IMG/VR virus record: IMGVR_UViG_3300044724_007274
Coordinates: 1-35,043 of that record
Direction: 5' to 3' (one strand)
From: a virus
Lineage: Duplodnaviria; Caudoviricetes
DNA length: 35,043 bases
In this document: in pieces, positions 1 to 9,887 of the stretch
How positions within the stretch are numbered: the stretch's first letter is position 1
Layout of the letters: every line of letters starts with the position of its first letter
The notes under the pieces: generated by a model
Seen by the model: only the letters and a program-made list of their open reading frames with translations
What the model was told of the DNA's origin: nothing
Databases searched by the model: none
Position numbers and translations under genes: made by a program

Positions 1-598
1 CGATTAAGACTTGCCTAAATCTCTCAAAATCACCAACTTCGATTTCAACTGTTTCTGCTTGACCAGACACAACCTGCCCAACAGCACGCACAGCGTAAAA
101 GCTTGGCAAGCCAGTTGTTGAATCAACAATAGCCACTTCGCGTTGGTTGTTTGGGTCTTCAAAGTTTATGTCTTCTGTTAAGATAAACGAAGAACCATCT
201 TCAGTTGTTACAATTGCTCCCTTTTTAATTGTTGGAGCGTAATTTGTGTTAATTGAGGTTGGGTCTGAAGTTAAAGCTGGGATTGTTGCGAAAAAGGAAA
301 CCAAGCCTTGTGAAGAGTAGTTGTATTCAAACTTGAACCCAAGAGTTTTTGCAATTCTTACAATGTTATCAAATTCGTTAGCTGTATCTAAAAATGTCTC
401 GTTAGCTTGGTAATCTAAATAAAAAGAAAGAATGTCGCCAATGTAAGCAACATAATCAGTCATCAAAGCGCCGAAGCCTGCGTCCTGAAAATCTTTGTAA
501 GTATCGGGGTAGTATCTTTGGGCGTAGTTGATTAGAGATTGTTTGATAGTATCAAAGTCTCGGTCTGTGTATTTGATTACATTATTTTTCTTGGGCAT
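1..598 (-). CDS. Baseplate wedge protein, T4 gp6-like (N-terminal part, truncated by the window edge)
   Basis: Not in the ORF track. ATG at 598 with upstream GGAGAGGA. Translates MPKKNNVIKYTDRDFDTIKQSLINYAQRYYPDTYKDFQDAGFGALMTDYVAYIGDILSFYLDYQANETFLDTA..., a gp6-like N-terminus. Adjacent to a gp25-like gene. Confidence 0.85.
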   Translation of the reverse strand, partial: MPKKNNVIKYTDRDFDTIKQSLINYAQRYYPDTYKDFQDAGFGALMTDYVAYIGDILSFYLDYQANETFLDTANEFDNIVRIAKTLGFKFEYNYSSQGLVSFFATIPALTSDPTSINTNYAPTIKKGAIVTTEDGSSFILTEDINFEDPNNQREVAIVDSTTGLPSFYAVRAVGQVVSGQAETVEIEVGDFERFRQVLI

Positions 599-619
599 TA
601 CTGCTTCCTCTCCAATTAA

Positions 620-985
620 TTAGTTTTGGATTTTAATTTCTATACTATCTTGCAAGTTGTATGGGTCATACACGTAAAATACCTTGACCAATAAAAAGTT
701 ATCTCTAATTTCTGTTTGAACGTTTAGAAGAGTAACATCAGGGAGGTATTCCTCAAACTGTGAATCGATTCTCTGTTCTAGCTGTGGTGGCAACTGTCCG
801 TCCAGGGCGTTTTCAAACAAGAAGTCTCTCAAGCCAACGCCGAAGTCTGAAAGCATGACTCTTTCGCCGGGGGCTGTTAGCAACACGTTTTTAACATTTT
901 GCTTGATAAATTCCTTTACTTCGTCAATTGTTACAAACGTATTTGACTTTGATTTTGCTAACGGTAGTTGTACTGTAAATGACAT
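620..985 (-). CDS. Baseplate wedge subunit, gp25-like (GPW/gp25 family)
   Basis: IKQNVKNVLLTAPGERVMLSDFGVGLRDFLFE is the gp25 family signature; 121 aa. Confidence 0.9.
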   Translation of the reverse strand: MSFTVQLPLAKSKSNTFVTIDEVKEFIKQNVKNVLLTAPGERVMLSDFGVGLRDFLFENALDGQLPPQLEQRIDSQFEEYLPDVTLLNVQTEIRDNFLLVKVFYVYDPYNLQDSIEIKIQN

Positions 986-999
986 AATTTCTCTCCAAA

Positions 1000-3900
1000 C
1001 TAAGTATCACACTTCAAGTCCAAAATGGCTAATTTCTCTTGGTCTATTTCAGCTATTTCAGCTTGCAGTTTTTTAGCTTCTGGTGACTCTGGGTCAAGCG
1101 CACTTAAAATTTCTTCCCTTGTTTTCTTCTTGAGCCATTCAAAGAACTCATCTGGGAAATCTAGTCCTAGAGACTGCGCTAACATGATAAGAAAATAGAT
1201 GCCAGGGTTGGCAGCATACACAATAGATAACAAGAACGCCTTAACTGCTTCAATAACCATTTTTGGAATCATAATTAAAAACAGCAGCCATAATGGAGAG
1301 AAGCCGAGCGCGGTCTTTGGGTCTTGTGCTTTTTCAAAATCTTTAAACGCAGCTTTTGCATCAGCCAAATCAACACCCAGCGGTTGTATCCCGCCTGTGA
1401 ATCTACGCATAATCGCAGGCTTCAAAGTGAAGAAGAACTTCTTATTGGATGGCACAAAAGACTTTTCAACTATTAAGTTCAACAAAACGTCATTAAAAAA
1501 GTCTTCCTCAAAGGCATCAAAGATGTTGATGTTTTTATCGGTCTTAAGAGCGCCACTATCTAACAGTTTTTCTGGCACTGCTTGATTTGGGCTCTTAACG
1601 TAATCTTGAATTACTTCGTCTGGTATGTTTGCTTGTCCAGCAAAGCTGCCAGTATCTTTGGCAAGAATAATGTTATCATACTCAAAGGTTGTTTCAAAGT
1701 TGCCAGACGTGGTTGTGGTAAAGAAGTCTTTGTAAAAATCAACATTAGAAACTTTTACTTTTAGTTTGTCTTCATAAATGCGGAGCGTCTTAACCACAAA
1801 AACTACAAACCTAGCATAATCGTTTAAGGATTTAAAGGTCACCGTAGCTTGGTCAAACAAGAAGCTCTTGATTTTTTCTTTTGGGGCGCTGGAAGGTAAA
1901 GATTTGTCAATAATAAGCTTCAAGCCCCCTTCTATTGCCTGACCGAATACCTTCCCTTCGGTTGCCTTGTTAAATGCCAAATACCAGCCTAAAATAGCAT
2001 TATCGTTTTTAACTTCAAATAGGGCGTTTGCTGATGGGGTTGTTGTTTTCTTAATTTTCTTTTTTAGTATCTCGCTAATGCTCAAAGTGTCTTTGGTAGC
2101 AGGAGATGAAGCCTTTGACAACAATTTTATCTCTTGCTCAACCAAATCCTGAACTGTTAAACCAGCCTCGCACAAAATGTTTCTAACTGGAATCTCAACA
2201 AAATAATCTTCCGCAGCCTTTTCAATTTGATTTGAAATTTGACCAACCAAAACCTTTGTAGCACCAATCAACGCTGTTGCTTGTTCCTCTGGTAGTATTA
2301 AAAGTGCTGATGTAAAGTTTGGGTACAACTCAATCATCTGTGTGTAAGCAAAAATACGCAAGGCTTCAATACTAGCCTCTTTTGACGGGTCTGTTGAGTA
2401 GGCAACGGACTGCTCTCTGTTCTTGCTGTATTCACAGAGTTCTTCTTTAACTCTTTCTCTGCGGGGCTTGCGATAGAACTCCACAACATCTAAAACAGTT
2501 TTGTCTTTTATTGAGTTGTTAAAGTTTGTCAAAAACTCATTAAACACGTCTTTTAAGATAGACTTATAAACATCTAGGGTGGTCTTTGGCGAGGGCTGGA
2601 TGAATTGACCAGATTTACTTTTAAGGTATTTTCTTGCTACAGGGTCGGTGCTATCCTGTCCCTCGATTGACTCACCTAAAATAGCCAGTGGTGTTTTCCC
2701 ATTGTTTGTTGTAACACCCTTGTTCGGGAGGTTGTATTGTTGAAATGTTTCGATTTTGTAGCTGCCATCACCCTCGATAATAATTGAGCTAAACTGACCG
2801 CCAAAAAACCTAACCCTGTTTCCAAGTCTGTTTCCGTTGTCAATCAGGTCTGGTGCAATTGAAAGTTCTGGTATGTTGTCTGGTTCTACTTTAGCTAGCT
2901 CTGTTTTAAAGTCAATAGGGTCGACATTTTTTTTGTCCGGTGGTTCAATGCCAATTTTCCCAAGGGCGTCTGTCACTTCAGAGTCTTGTTCAATTTTGGT
3001 CAATCGCTTATCTATGTTAGTAATGTCGTCGTCAAAATTAATCTTGTACTGGTAAAGGGCATCTTGAGCCTGACGATACGCTTCGTTTAATAAGCCACTA
3101 AAATCAATGTCTGGTAGCAAATTATTTATTGCGTCCTCGGACAAAAGATTAGCTAAATCTTCAACCGTTATTTGTGGCACATCGGGAGCACCATAACTAG
3201 CGGGCACTTTTGCTGCTGTTGGGTCGTCTGTTTTTGTATCACAGTAGTCTGCTGTTGGGTCGACGTTTGGTTCTGTTTCATTTACCACTTTGCAAAAGGC
3301 TGTTCCAGTTTGAAGACCTAGTTGGTAGAAGTAGTTTGCGTAAGCATAAAGGTCGTCAAAAAATGTATCTACTTTTGTTTGCTCGGCAAATGACTGAAGT
3401 TGTAGAAGCAATAATGGCTCGGCTTGTCCTTCTAGTAGCCTGCACATCTCTTTGCCGGTCAAGCTAGAAAATGTCAAGTTGATAAAACTTTGAAACGACA
3501 CGGAGTCGTTCCCAGTAAATTCTTTTCCTAAAGAAGTCGCTGCTGTGTTTTGAAAAGCAATAGGGTCTTCAAAGAGGTCTTGAGGTTGAACTGAACCGTA
3601 GTCAAAATCACCTTCGGGTTCATTGCTGGCTAACAATAGTAGGCACTGTTGGACTAGAGTGTTAATGAACTGTCGTCCAAGCTCCAGCAAAAGACTGTCT
3701 AGCTGCTTTTTTAATTCTTTGGTAACTGCGCCCATGGGGTTTGACAAAGACTTGTTTTTCCACAGTTTTTGTATCTGCTTGTAAAAATTTTCGTATTTGT
3801 CAAACTCTACACCAAATGATTTATAGTTTTTTGTTAGTTCCTCTAGCTGTTCTGCGAGTGCTCTGGCTAAAGAAAAGTATCCTTGTGCTTTCAAGTTCTC

Positions 3901-4875
3901 AATCAAAAGAGCCGTCAAGCACTCAATCAGTGGCTTCAATCCCCACTTGTTCAGCATAAGATAAACTTTGCCAAGCTCAGAATTGACCTTTTTCAAAGTA
4001 TCCTTTAGTGCCTTTACAGATTCATTATCTGCTCCAGCAAATGATTCTGTTCCCTCTGCTACATTAGAAAGTGCTGCTGGGAAGTTGAAGAAGGCAAAGT
4101 CTCCCAAGTATTCTGCATCACGAAGAGTTTGTGAATAAACTTGATTTCTCGTAATAACTGGTGGTTCAGCGTTGTCTCTAACTGCTTGGGCTAAATCTAG
4201 ATTTACACCTGAAGCTGCTTGCCCTAAAGATTGTCCAATTTTAGAATTTACATAACTGCTTTTTTGGGCTGTTGATTTAAGGAAGTCGTTTAAGTCCTTT
4301 AAGTCTCTTATGTTCGCAATTTTTGCTATGTCAGAAAGATTGTTAATCTTGAAGTCTTTGTTTTTGCCATCGTCAATAAAGTCTTTTATTTGTTTTGAAA
4401 GTGGCTTTTGCTGTCTCTGTTGGGTGAATTTGTCATACTCAACCTGAATCTTCTCGACATTTAGTTTTGTTGAAGCGTCTTCAATTCTGTAAAGAAGGCG
4501 AACCACACCGTTTGGTCGAGGGTCGATTGTTTTCCTATCGTTCAAAAGTATGTCTTTTGACGAAGGGAGTGTCATAGGCTTTGTTGTTTCGCCAGCTATT
4601 TCACAGGTCTTGTCGCCTTTGAATTTTGGAATTGGTGTCTTAATCTCTTCGGGGTCTTTATCTACTTCAATTGTGAAAAGCTTGTTGTCAATAAAATACT
4701 GTAATGCCTGTGGGCGAAAATCGTTAAAAACCACAAACCAGTTTTTGTTTGGGTCTAACTCCGTTAAATCAGTCCAAAGGCAATAATAAACATAATCATT
4801 GGGAGCATCATAATAGGCAACCCTAAATTGTTCCCAAGTTGAATCGATAAATAATGTTGAAAGTGGATTAGGCAT
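1000..4875 (-). CDS. Large hypothetical protein, probably virion/baseplate-associated (1291 aa)
   Basis: Long ORF between spike-like and gp25-like genes, apparently helical, with a hydrophobic C-terminal segment. No family recognised. Confidence 0.6.
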   Translation of the reverse strand: MPNPLSTLFIDSTWEQFRVAYYDAPNDYVYYCLWTDLTELDPNKNWFVVFNDFRPQALQYFIDNKLFTIEVDKDPEEIKTPIPKFKGDKTCEIAGETTKPMTLPSSKDILLNDRKTIDPRPNGVVRLLYRIEDASTKLNVEKIQVEYDKFTQQRQQKPLSKQIKDFIDDGKNKDFKINNLSDIAKIANIRDLKDLNDFLKSTAQKSSYVNSKIGQSLGQAASGVNLDLAQAVRDNAEPPVITRNQVYSQTLRDAEYLGDFAFFNFPAALSNVAEGTESFAGADNESVKALKDTLKKVNSELGKVYLMLNKWGLKPLIECLTALLIENLKAQGYFSLARALAEQLEELTKNYKSFGVEFDKYENFYKQIQKLWKNKSLSNPMGAVTKELKKQLDSLLLELGRQFINTLVQQCLLLLASNEPEGDFDYGSVQPQDLFEDPIAFQNTAATSLGKEFTGNDSVSFQSFINLTFSSLTGKEMCRLLEGQAEPLLLLQLQSFAEQTKVDTFFDDLYAYANYFYQLGLQTGTAFCKVVNETEPNVDPTADYCDTKTDDPTAAKVPASYGAPDVPQITVEDLANLLSEDAINNLLPDIDFSGLLNEAYRQAQDALYQYKINFDDDITNIDKRLTKIEQDSEVTDALGKIGIEPPDKKNVDPIDFKTELAKVEPDNIPELSIAPDLIDNGNRLGNRVRFFGGQFSSIIIEGDGSYKIETFQQYNLPNKGVTTNNGKTPLAILGESIEGQDSTDPVARKYLKSKSGQFIQPSPKTTLDVYKSILKDVFNEFLTNFNNSIKDKTVLDVVEFYRKPRRERVKEELCEYSKNREQSVAYSTDPSKEASIEALRIFAYTQMIELYPNFTSALLILPEEQATALIGATKVLVGQISNQIEKAAEDYFVEIPVRNILCEAGLTVQDLVEQEIKLLSKASSPATKDTLSISEILKKKIKKTTTPSANALFEVKNDNAILGWYLAFNKATEGKVFGQAIEGGLKLIIDKSLPSSAPKEKIKSFLFDQATVTFKSLNDYARFVVFVVKTLRIYEDKLKVKVSNVDFYKDFFTTTTSGNFETTFEYDNIILAKDTGSFAGQANIPDEVIQDYVKSPNQAVPEKLLDSGALKTDKNINIFDAFEEDFFNDVLLNLIVEKSFVPSNKKFFFTLKPAIMRRFTGGIQPLGVDLADAKAAFKDFEKAQDPKTALGFSPLWLLFLIMIPKMVIEAVKAFLLSIVYAANPGIYFLIMLAQSLGLDFPDEFFEWLKKKTREEILSALDPESPEAKKLQAEIAEIDQEKLAILDLKCDT

Positions 4876-4877
4876 AG

Positions 4878-5846
4878 TTAATTTGTGTTGTTAAAGCTGC
4901 TACAAATGTAATTAGACTTTCCGGTAGAATTGAGGTATTTAAACTTAATCGTATCATTGCTGCCCACGATGGTGCCAGCGGCAAAAGAAAGCTTCTCTAG
5001 TGCAATAGCGTGGGTTATCTTTGAGGCGTTGAAGTTTGGTGACGTAGAGGTTGGAGCACCAAAAAATGGCGAGATGTGTATGTGAGCAGCCAAGTCGGTG
5101 TTTATTTTACCAATCTCCTCAATAATGCCATCCACAGCATACGAAAGGGCATCTACATTGTCCATAATTTCAGTTAAGCAATCTACAAGGCTGTTACCTT
5201 TTACTAAGGGCTGAAGTGCTAGCTCGCCGTCTGTTTGGTTGCCAGCGATAAGGTCAATACCCCTTGGGCGACCAATTGATACTTTTCTAGAGTTTTTGTT
5301 TGGTTCTGTTTTGGAAACACCGCCAACAATTTTTACACCTTCTCGACCAATGATTCTAACTGCGTCTGCTTTAATACCAATACCAGACTTGCCTGTTGAT
5401 TGCCCAACAACGCCAGGGGCTAAACCAAATGCATCGTCAATGTCGACCTTTTGAGAAATGTAAATTCTAGCGGAGTCTAAATCAAAGTTTGGTCCAGATG
5501 CAACAATTGTTTTTCCATCTACTTTATCTACCGGAACAAAACCCTGTGCGCCGACAAAAAAGTCAATCATGTGTGCGCCATCTTCGCCCATAGCGCCGCG
5601 ACCTTTATCAACGGGTGTTTCTAAAACAGTGCCGTCTTTTAAGCGGTCAGTTGTTTTGCCGATTCTATCAGTTCCCTGGATAATGTATGTGTTGCCGTGC
5701 TGTTGGAGCCTTTCTGCTCCACGCTTGACATACAATGGGTAAGGGTCAAGAGGCTGTGTTGCGTTATTAATCGAAGATAAGTTTCTGGTTAATGAGCCAG
5801 CTTGTCCGTCGTTAATCTCTATTTTTGGTTGTGTTGCTCTTGTCAT
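4878..5846 (-). CDS. Baseplate central spike-like protein (gp5/gp138-type C-terminal region)
   Basis: Beta-strand-like repeats (GIGIKADAVRIIGREGVKI) and a C-terminal HxH motif (AAHIHISP) typical of metal-binding spike tips; baseplate context. Confidence 0.6.
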   Translation of the reverse strand: MTRATQPKIEINDGQAGSLTRNLSSINNATQPLDPYPLYVKRGAERLQQHGNTYIIQGTDRIGKTTDRLKDGTVLETPVDKGRGAMGEDGAHMIDFFVGAQGFVPVDKVDGKTIVASGPNFDLDSARIYISQKVDIDDAFGLAPGVVGQSTGKSGIGIKADAVRIIGREGVKIVGGVSKTEPNKNSRKVSIGRPRGIDLIAGNQTDGELALQPLVKGNSLVDCLTEIMDNVDALSYAVDGIIEEIGKINTDLAAHIHISPFFGAPTSTSPNFNASKITHAIALEKLSFAAGTIVGSNDTIKFKYLNSTGKSNYICSSFNNTN

Positions 5847-5873
5847 AATTTATACACTTAAAATTTTTAACAC

Positions 5874-7583
5874 CTACAGTACATCTAATCGTGCTGTGGC
5901 TGGCGAAGCGGCGATGACGCGCTGTTGGTTAGCAACGCGGCGGCGTTGTTGACGGCGCTCGATTGCGGCTGATGATGACGCACCTGCGCCAACGCTCTGT
6001 CCCTTCCAATAATTAAAGTATCTTTGTTGCGCGTTTGTAAAAACTGGAATTATAGTCACCCTTGTCGGATACGGTCTGTTCATAAGTATCTTATTGTTGA
6101 CGATACCAACGGCTCCAACTTCAATTTGTTTATTGGGGTCTTGGTTGTTGGGCAGCGAGTTGTAGTGTAAAGCAGCTATCGCGTCAGTGATATCGCGGGT
6201 ATCGACTTTGCTCAGTGCCTCCTTGTCAGGAGACTTATCAAAATTTTGAAGCGGACCTGCGTTTGACAATTTCCAAGCCAAAGAAGCCAATGTTGTACTT
6301 GAGCCATCGTTTTGTTTATTTTGGTTTTCGTTAGAAGAAGAGTTTGCTGCGCCGCCAAAAGATTCACCAGCTTTGGTCTTCTTCCAGTTGTCCCAACTGT
6401 TTTTCTGTTTTTGCACCTCATCTTTAAGACCTGAAACCCTTGGGGTGGCTCCCGTACCTGCGGAAGATACATAAGGGTCAAATCCATAATACAACTGTTT
6501 AATTCTTAATCTTACAGACTTTGGAATTCTTAAGCTGGTCTCTTGATCGAGGGCGTTTAATTTCAAATTTTTAAAATCTGCGGAGCCTGCTTTTTTTATT
6601 GTTGCGTCGCCATTGGGGTCTGGATAAAAACGAACCCAGCGTTGAGTCGAAAGGGTTTTTCCCTTTCTTATTCTTAGGTCATAGTGTGGGTAGCTTCCCC
6701 TGTAAAAACCAACGACACTGTTGGTTTCTTTATAAATTTTAGGGTCAAGATACAAGCCCATTCTTTTGCTTCTCAACAAGCCGTATTCTATCATTGTTGC
6801 AACAAAAGCGTATGACTCCATTCTTCCCAGCTTCTTATTATCAATCTCTATCTCAAAATCAAAAGCGTTGCCGGTTTGATGGTTGCCATTATTACTTCCA
6901 TCCGTTGAGAGGCGTTTGCCTGACTGCACTATCAACGAAGAATTTTGAGTTGCTCCGTAATACCAGCCAGCATTTTCAGCAATGGCTTCTGCTTCACGAA
7001 TTAAAAGCTGTCGAAGACCTTTTAGTTTTCCTTTCACCTCACACTTAAAAGGCAAGCCGAGAAAGCCTCTATTGACATTTACTGGCTTGTTATCTTCTTT
7101 AATCTCTTTATCAGAGGCGTATAGCAAAAATTCACTATTAGCTGCATCGCCATCTGGTTCATCTTTACTCTCAGCCTGAGAACCGTCTCCTGTGACATTC
7201 TGACTATTAATAATGTATCCACGTCTTGTATCGACGGGATTTTCAAACGAAGCTTGAACTGGTGCGCCGACCTTTAAATAATCTCCCTTAAGGGCAATGC
7301 AGATGCAATCGTGTCGTACAACGTCTAAAGGGTCAAGGTAAGAATGCACATCGGGAATTCTTACTCTAATTTCAACATACTGATTTTGTTTTACAAAGTC
7401 TCCATAAACCCTCTTTAACTTTTCAAGCTCACCGGCTGCAACACCGGCATCTCCTAAAATTTCAAGAATGTATCCCGACTTTTTAGAAGAAAAAATTATT
7501 GGACTTGTTGCTTGTTTTTGCTTTAATTTAATCTCGGTTAATGGGCTATCAGAATACGGAGTTAAATTAGTATCGTAAAACAT
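5874..7583 (-). CDS. Baseplate hub-like protein with a peptidase M15 (Zn peptidoglycan hydrolase) domain
   Basis: N-terminal VEIRVRIPDVH resembles the gp5 OB-fold. The centre has SGKR...GNHQTGNAFD...PHYDLR, matching M15 zinc-ligand motifs. Confidence 0.6.
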   Translation of the reverse strand: MFYDTNLTPYSDSPLTEIKLKQKQATSPIIFSSKKSGYILEILGDAGVAAGELEKLKRVYGDFVKQNQYVEIRVRIPDVHSYLDPLDVVRHDCICIALKGDYLKVGAPVQASFENPVDTRRGYIINSQNVTGDGSQAESKDEPDGDAANSEFLLYASDKEIKEDNKPVNVNRGFLGLPFKCEVKGKLKGLRQLLIREAEAIAENAGWYYGATQNSSLIVQSGKRLSTDGSNNGNHQTGNAFDFEIEIDNKKLGRMESYAFVATMIEYGLLRSKRMGLYLDPKIYKETNSVVGFYRGSYPHYDLRIRKGKTLSTQRWVRFYPDPNGDATIKKAGSADFKNLKLNALDQETSLRIPKSVRLRIKQLYYGFDPYVSSAGTGATPRVSGLKDEVQKQKNSWDNWKKTKAGESFGGAANSSSNENQNKQNDGSSTTLASLAWKLSNAGPLQNFDKSPDKEALSKVDTRDITDAIAALHYNSLPNNQDPNKQIEVGAVGIVNNKILMNRPYPTRVTIIPVFTNAQQRYFNYWKGQSVGAGASSSAAIERRQQRRRVANQQRVIAASPATARLDVL

Positions 7584-7877
7584 CTACTCTTCCTCCCCGT
7601 TGTCGTTGAGGTTATCGTAGATAGCGTCAATGTCTGCTGAGGAGATAGTTTCAGTTTGCTTACTAGTCTTAGCCATAAGTGAAGCAACCTTTACTAGTTG
7701 TTCGTTGGAGCGCTGTAAGGTTTCTAGGTACTTGGCTACAATAAGACCTTGACGACCATGGTCTGCCCTTCCTTGATGAATGTCTTGGCAGATTTCATCA
7801 AGAGCAGTGTTGGTCGCCTCTCGGTCAAGTCTAATGTTTTTTATTGCTTCTTCTAGAAGTTTTTCATATTTCGCCAT
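7584..7877 (-). CDS. Hypothetical helical phage protein (97 aa)
   Basis: Tightly coupled ORF downstream of the sigma factor gene. Confidence 0.7.
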   Translation of the reverse strand: MAKYEKLLEEAIKNIRLDREATNTALDEICQDIHQGRADHGRQGLIVAKYLETLQRSNEQLVKVASLMAKTSKQTETISSADIDAIYDNLNDNGEEE

Positions 7878-8541
7878 CGTTCCAATCGGACTTAAAGCCC
7901 CTATACCTTACTTTTAGTTTTGTGAGGACGGTTGCGATTTGTTTTGTGTTCAAATCGGTAATCTCCCTCATGTATAGATAAATAGCCTTTTTATTGAAAA
8001 TTTCTATCTGGTCAGAGTGTTCAAACAGCACCTTGATGGCGTTGATGACCTTTACTTCGTTTTCTTTCTCGGCTGCTTCGTACCACTCGTCAATGTTCTC
8101 GCGAAGATGGGCGAAGAACTCTGTGCGTGCTCTTTCGTGCTCGTATGGTATGTGGTCGGTAAGGGGGTGCTCTAAGTTCTTTGACTCGTCAATGGGAGTC
8201 TCAGTTTTTAAACGCTTGGTTGTTTTCTTTACTTTGTGGATAAACCAGTTCTTGGTAACGACTGAAAAGTAAGAGAAAGCCTTAGAGCCCTTGTCGGGGT
8301 CGTACTTATCGAGAATAGTGACTAACCAAGCTTTACATTCTTCACGGAGGTAATCGATGTTTGGAAGAGTTGTGAACTTGTATGTGTAGATAATTTTATC
8401 AACAAGCTCGTCAAACGCAGGGTGAATAAACTCGATGTAGAGTTTTTCTTTTGTGTAGCGGTCTGTTGTTTTACAGTATTTAACTATGGCGTCCTCATGG
8501 ACTTTTGTAAAATACTGTCTTTTAGTTCTCTTCTTCGGCAT
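7864..8541 (-). CDS. Phage RNA polymerase sigma factor (late/gp55-like)
   Basis: Region-2-like segment ILDKYDPDKGSKAFSYFSVVTKNWF and N-terminal QYFTKVHEDAIVKY; 225 aa. Confidence 0.75.
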   Translation of the reverse strand: MPKKRTKRQYFTKVHEDAIVKYCKTTDRYTKEKLYIEFIHPAFDELVDKIIYTYKFTTLPNIDYLREECKAWLVTILDKYDPDKGSKAFSYFSVVTKNWFIHKVKKTTKRLKTETPIDESKNLEHPLTDHIPYEHERARTEFFAHLRENIDEWYEAAEKENEVKVINAIKVLFEHSDQIEIFNKKAIYLYMREITDLNTKQIATVLTKLKVRYRGFKSDWNDGEI

Positions 8542-8812
8542 TACCTATTATCTCCTCTTGTATTTGCGCTACATCTTTTAGAGTCTCCTCTATTTCGTTT
8601 GTAGCGTCAACGAGAGCCTGGATAACAGGGTCTCCGTAGTATGTTTCGCTACCATTGACCTTTTCAACAAGTTGTGTAAATTCAGAAACTTGCAATTGAA
8701 GGTCGTATAAACGTAGTTGAATGTTTTTTAGCGTCTTTGCAAAGTTGAAGCAAAGATAAGCTAGAGCAAGCGTGGTCGCTGTCAATACTATAATAAATGT
8801 CCATTCAAGCAT
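8522..8812 (-). CDS. Membrane-anchored coiled-coil protein
   Basis: ATG at 8812; N-terminal hydrophobic helix (WTFIIVLTATTLALAYLCF) followed by a heptad-rich region. Confidence 0.7.
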   Translation of the reverse strand: MLEWTFIIVLTATTLALAYLCFNFAKTLKNIQLRLYDLQLQVSEFTQLVEKVNGSETYYGDPVIQALVDATNEIEETLKDVAQIQEEIIGNAEEEN

Positions 8813-9068
8813 TTGGGTCAAACTCCCTTGTTCTAGCTTCTTCTTTCATTTGTTTTAGAACCTCGCGGTTCTCTTCGATGCCCTCTTTCGTTGCCTCGCC
8901 TACTTTTCTGTCGCCTCTTTGCTCGGTCTTCATTGTGGTGAAGTGGCTGGGGATGCGGAAAACAAAGGGTGAGTCACACTCGGTGCATTTCTCTACTGTC
9001 TCGGACATAGAGTGCCACTCGTCCCACTTGTTTTTACAGGTATTACAACGATAAGAATATTTAGGCAT
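8805..9068 (-). CDS. FmdB-family zinc-ribbon protein
   Basis: MPKYSYRCNTC...CTEC zinc ribbon; start moved to the ATG at 9068. Confidence 0.85.
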   Translation of the reverse strand: MPKYSYRCNTCKNKWDEWHSMSETVEKCTECDSPFVFRIPSHFTTMKTEQRGDRKVGEATKEGIEENREVLKQMKEEARTREFDPNA

Positions 9069-9414
9069 CTGCTCTTCCATAGTCGTCCGAAAGGCGAACA
9101 ACGTCATCAAGGTGTGGGGTACTTGCTTCGATTAGCGTAACGCCTTGGTTTTGAGGGGCTGTAAAGCGGTGAATTGTTTCTGGCTTTATTCTAAAAGATT
9201 TGCCCTCTGAAAGAATCATAATGTTGTCTTCGCTATCCGACTTTGCTAAATCGAGGTGAAGAGTTCCATCCTCTACGAAAATAGTTTCATCTTTAATCCT
9301 GTGAAACTGTCGTGAAAGACGTTGCCCAGGAGCAACATAGATTCTCTTAACAACATACAATTCAGTGTTGATTAAGATGTCTTCCCAACCCCATGGTTTC
9401 TCAATCCTATTCAT
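9061..9414 (-). CDS. Cupin, mannose-6-phosphate isomerase type II C-terminal-like
   Basis: EKPWG...RLSRQFHRIKDET...IHRF...IEASTPHLDDVVRLSDDYGR. Confidence 0.85.
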   Translation of the reverse strand: MNRIEKPWGWEDILINTELYVVKRIYVAPGQRLSRQFHRIKDETIFVEDGTLHLDLAKSDSEDNIMILSEGKSFRIKPETIHRFTAPQNQGVTLIEASTPHLDDVVRLSDDYGRADA

Positions 9415-9586
9415 CTACATCATCCTCGGGGGCTGAAACAGTTGGCGGGTTATTTACAATCAGTTCGTTATTGTCGTCTGAATTAAAATCAAATCCACGA
9501 AGAATTCCTGTAATGTCTTCTTGGTTTAGAATTGCCTTTTGCAGTGCCATCATAATTGAACCGATAGCTTGATTTGATAGTGTCAT
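9407..9586 (-). CDS. Small hypothetical protein (59 aa)
   Basis: ATG at 9586 preceded by GGAGAA; MTLSNQAIGSIMMALQKAIL... Confidence 0.7.
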   Translation of the reverse strand: MTLSNQAIGSIMMALQKAILNQEDITGILRGFDFNSDDNNELIVNNPPTVSAPEDDVDE

Positions 9587-9587
9587 T

Positions 9588-9887
9588 TTATTCTCCAAAA
9601 AACTCATTTGAGTTTATGTTTTTATCATCTATAAACAAGTCATAAACTGGCTTGCCAAATTTTAAGTCGTGGTATTTTACTCCCCACTTTTGGAATTGAG
9701 CTTCGGTAACTTCTCTCCAATCAATCCCAGACCCAGTTCCTCTGGCAGTCCAGTATACAATAGTATACCCCATTTCATAAAGATTGTTTATCTTTTCTAT
9801 TCTATCTGGAAATGGAGTTGCTTGTGCATAATCTCTTGTTTCAGGAGATTGGCAGATAGTCTCGTCTATGTCAACATAGTAAATCAT
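9588..9887 (-). CDS. Minimal HAD-superfamily phosphatase (capsule-biosynthesis phosphatase-like)
   Basis: HAD motifs VDIDET, WTARG, GKP and FIDDK. Confidence 0.85.
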   Translation of the reverse strand: MIYYVDIDETICQSPETRDYAQATPFPDRIEKINNLYEMGYTIVYWTARGTGSGIDWREVTEAQFQKWGVKYHDLKFGKPVYDLFIDDKNINSNEFFGE

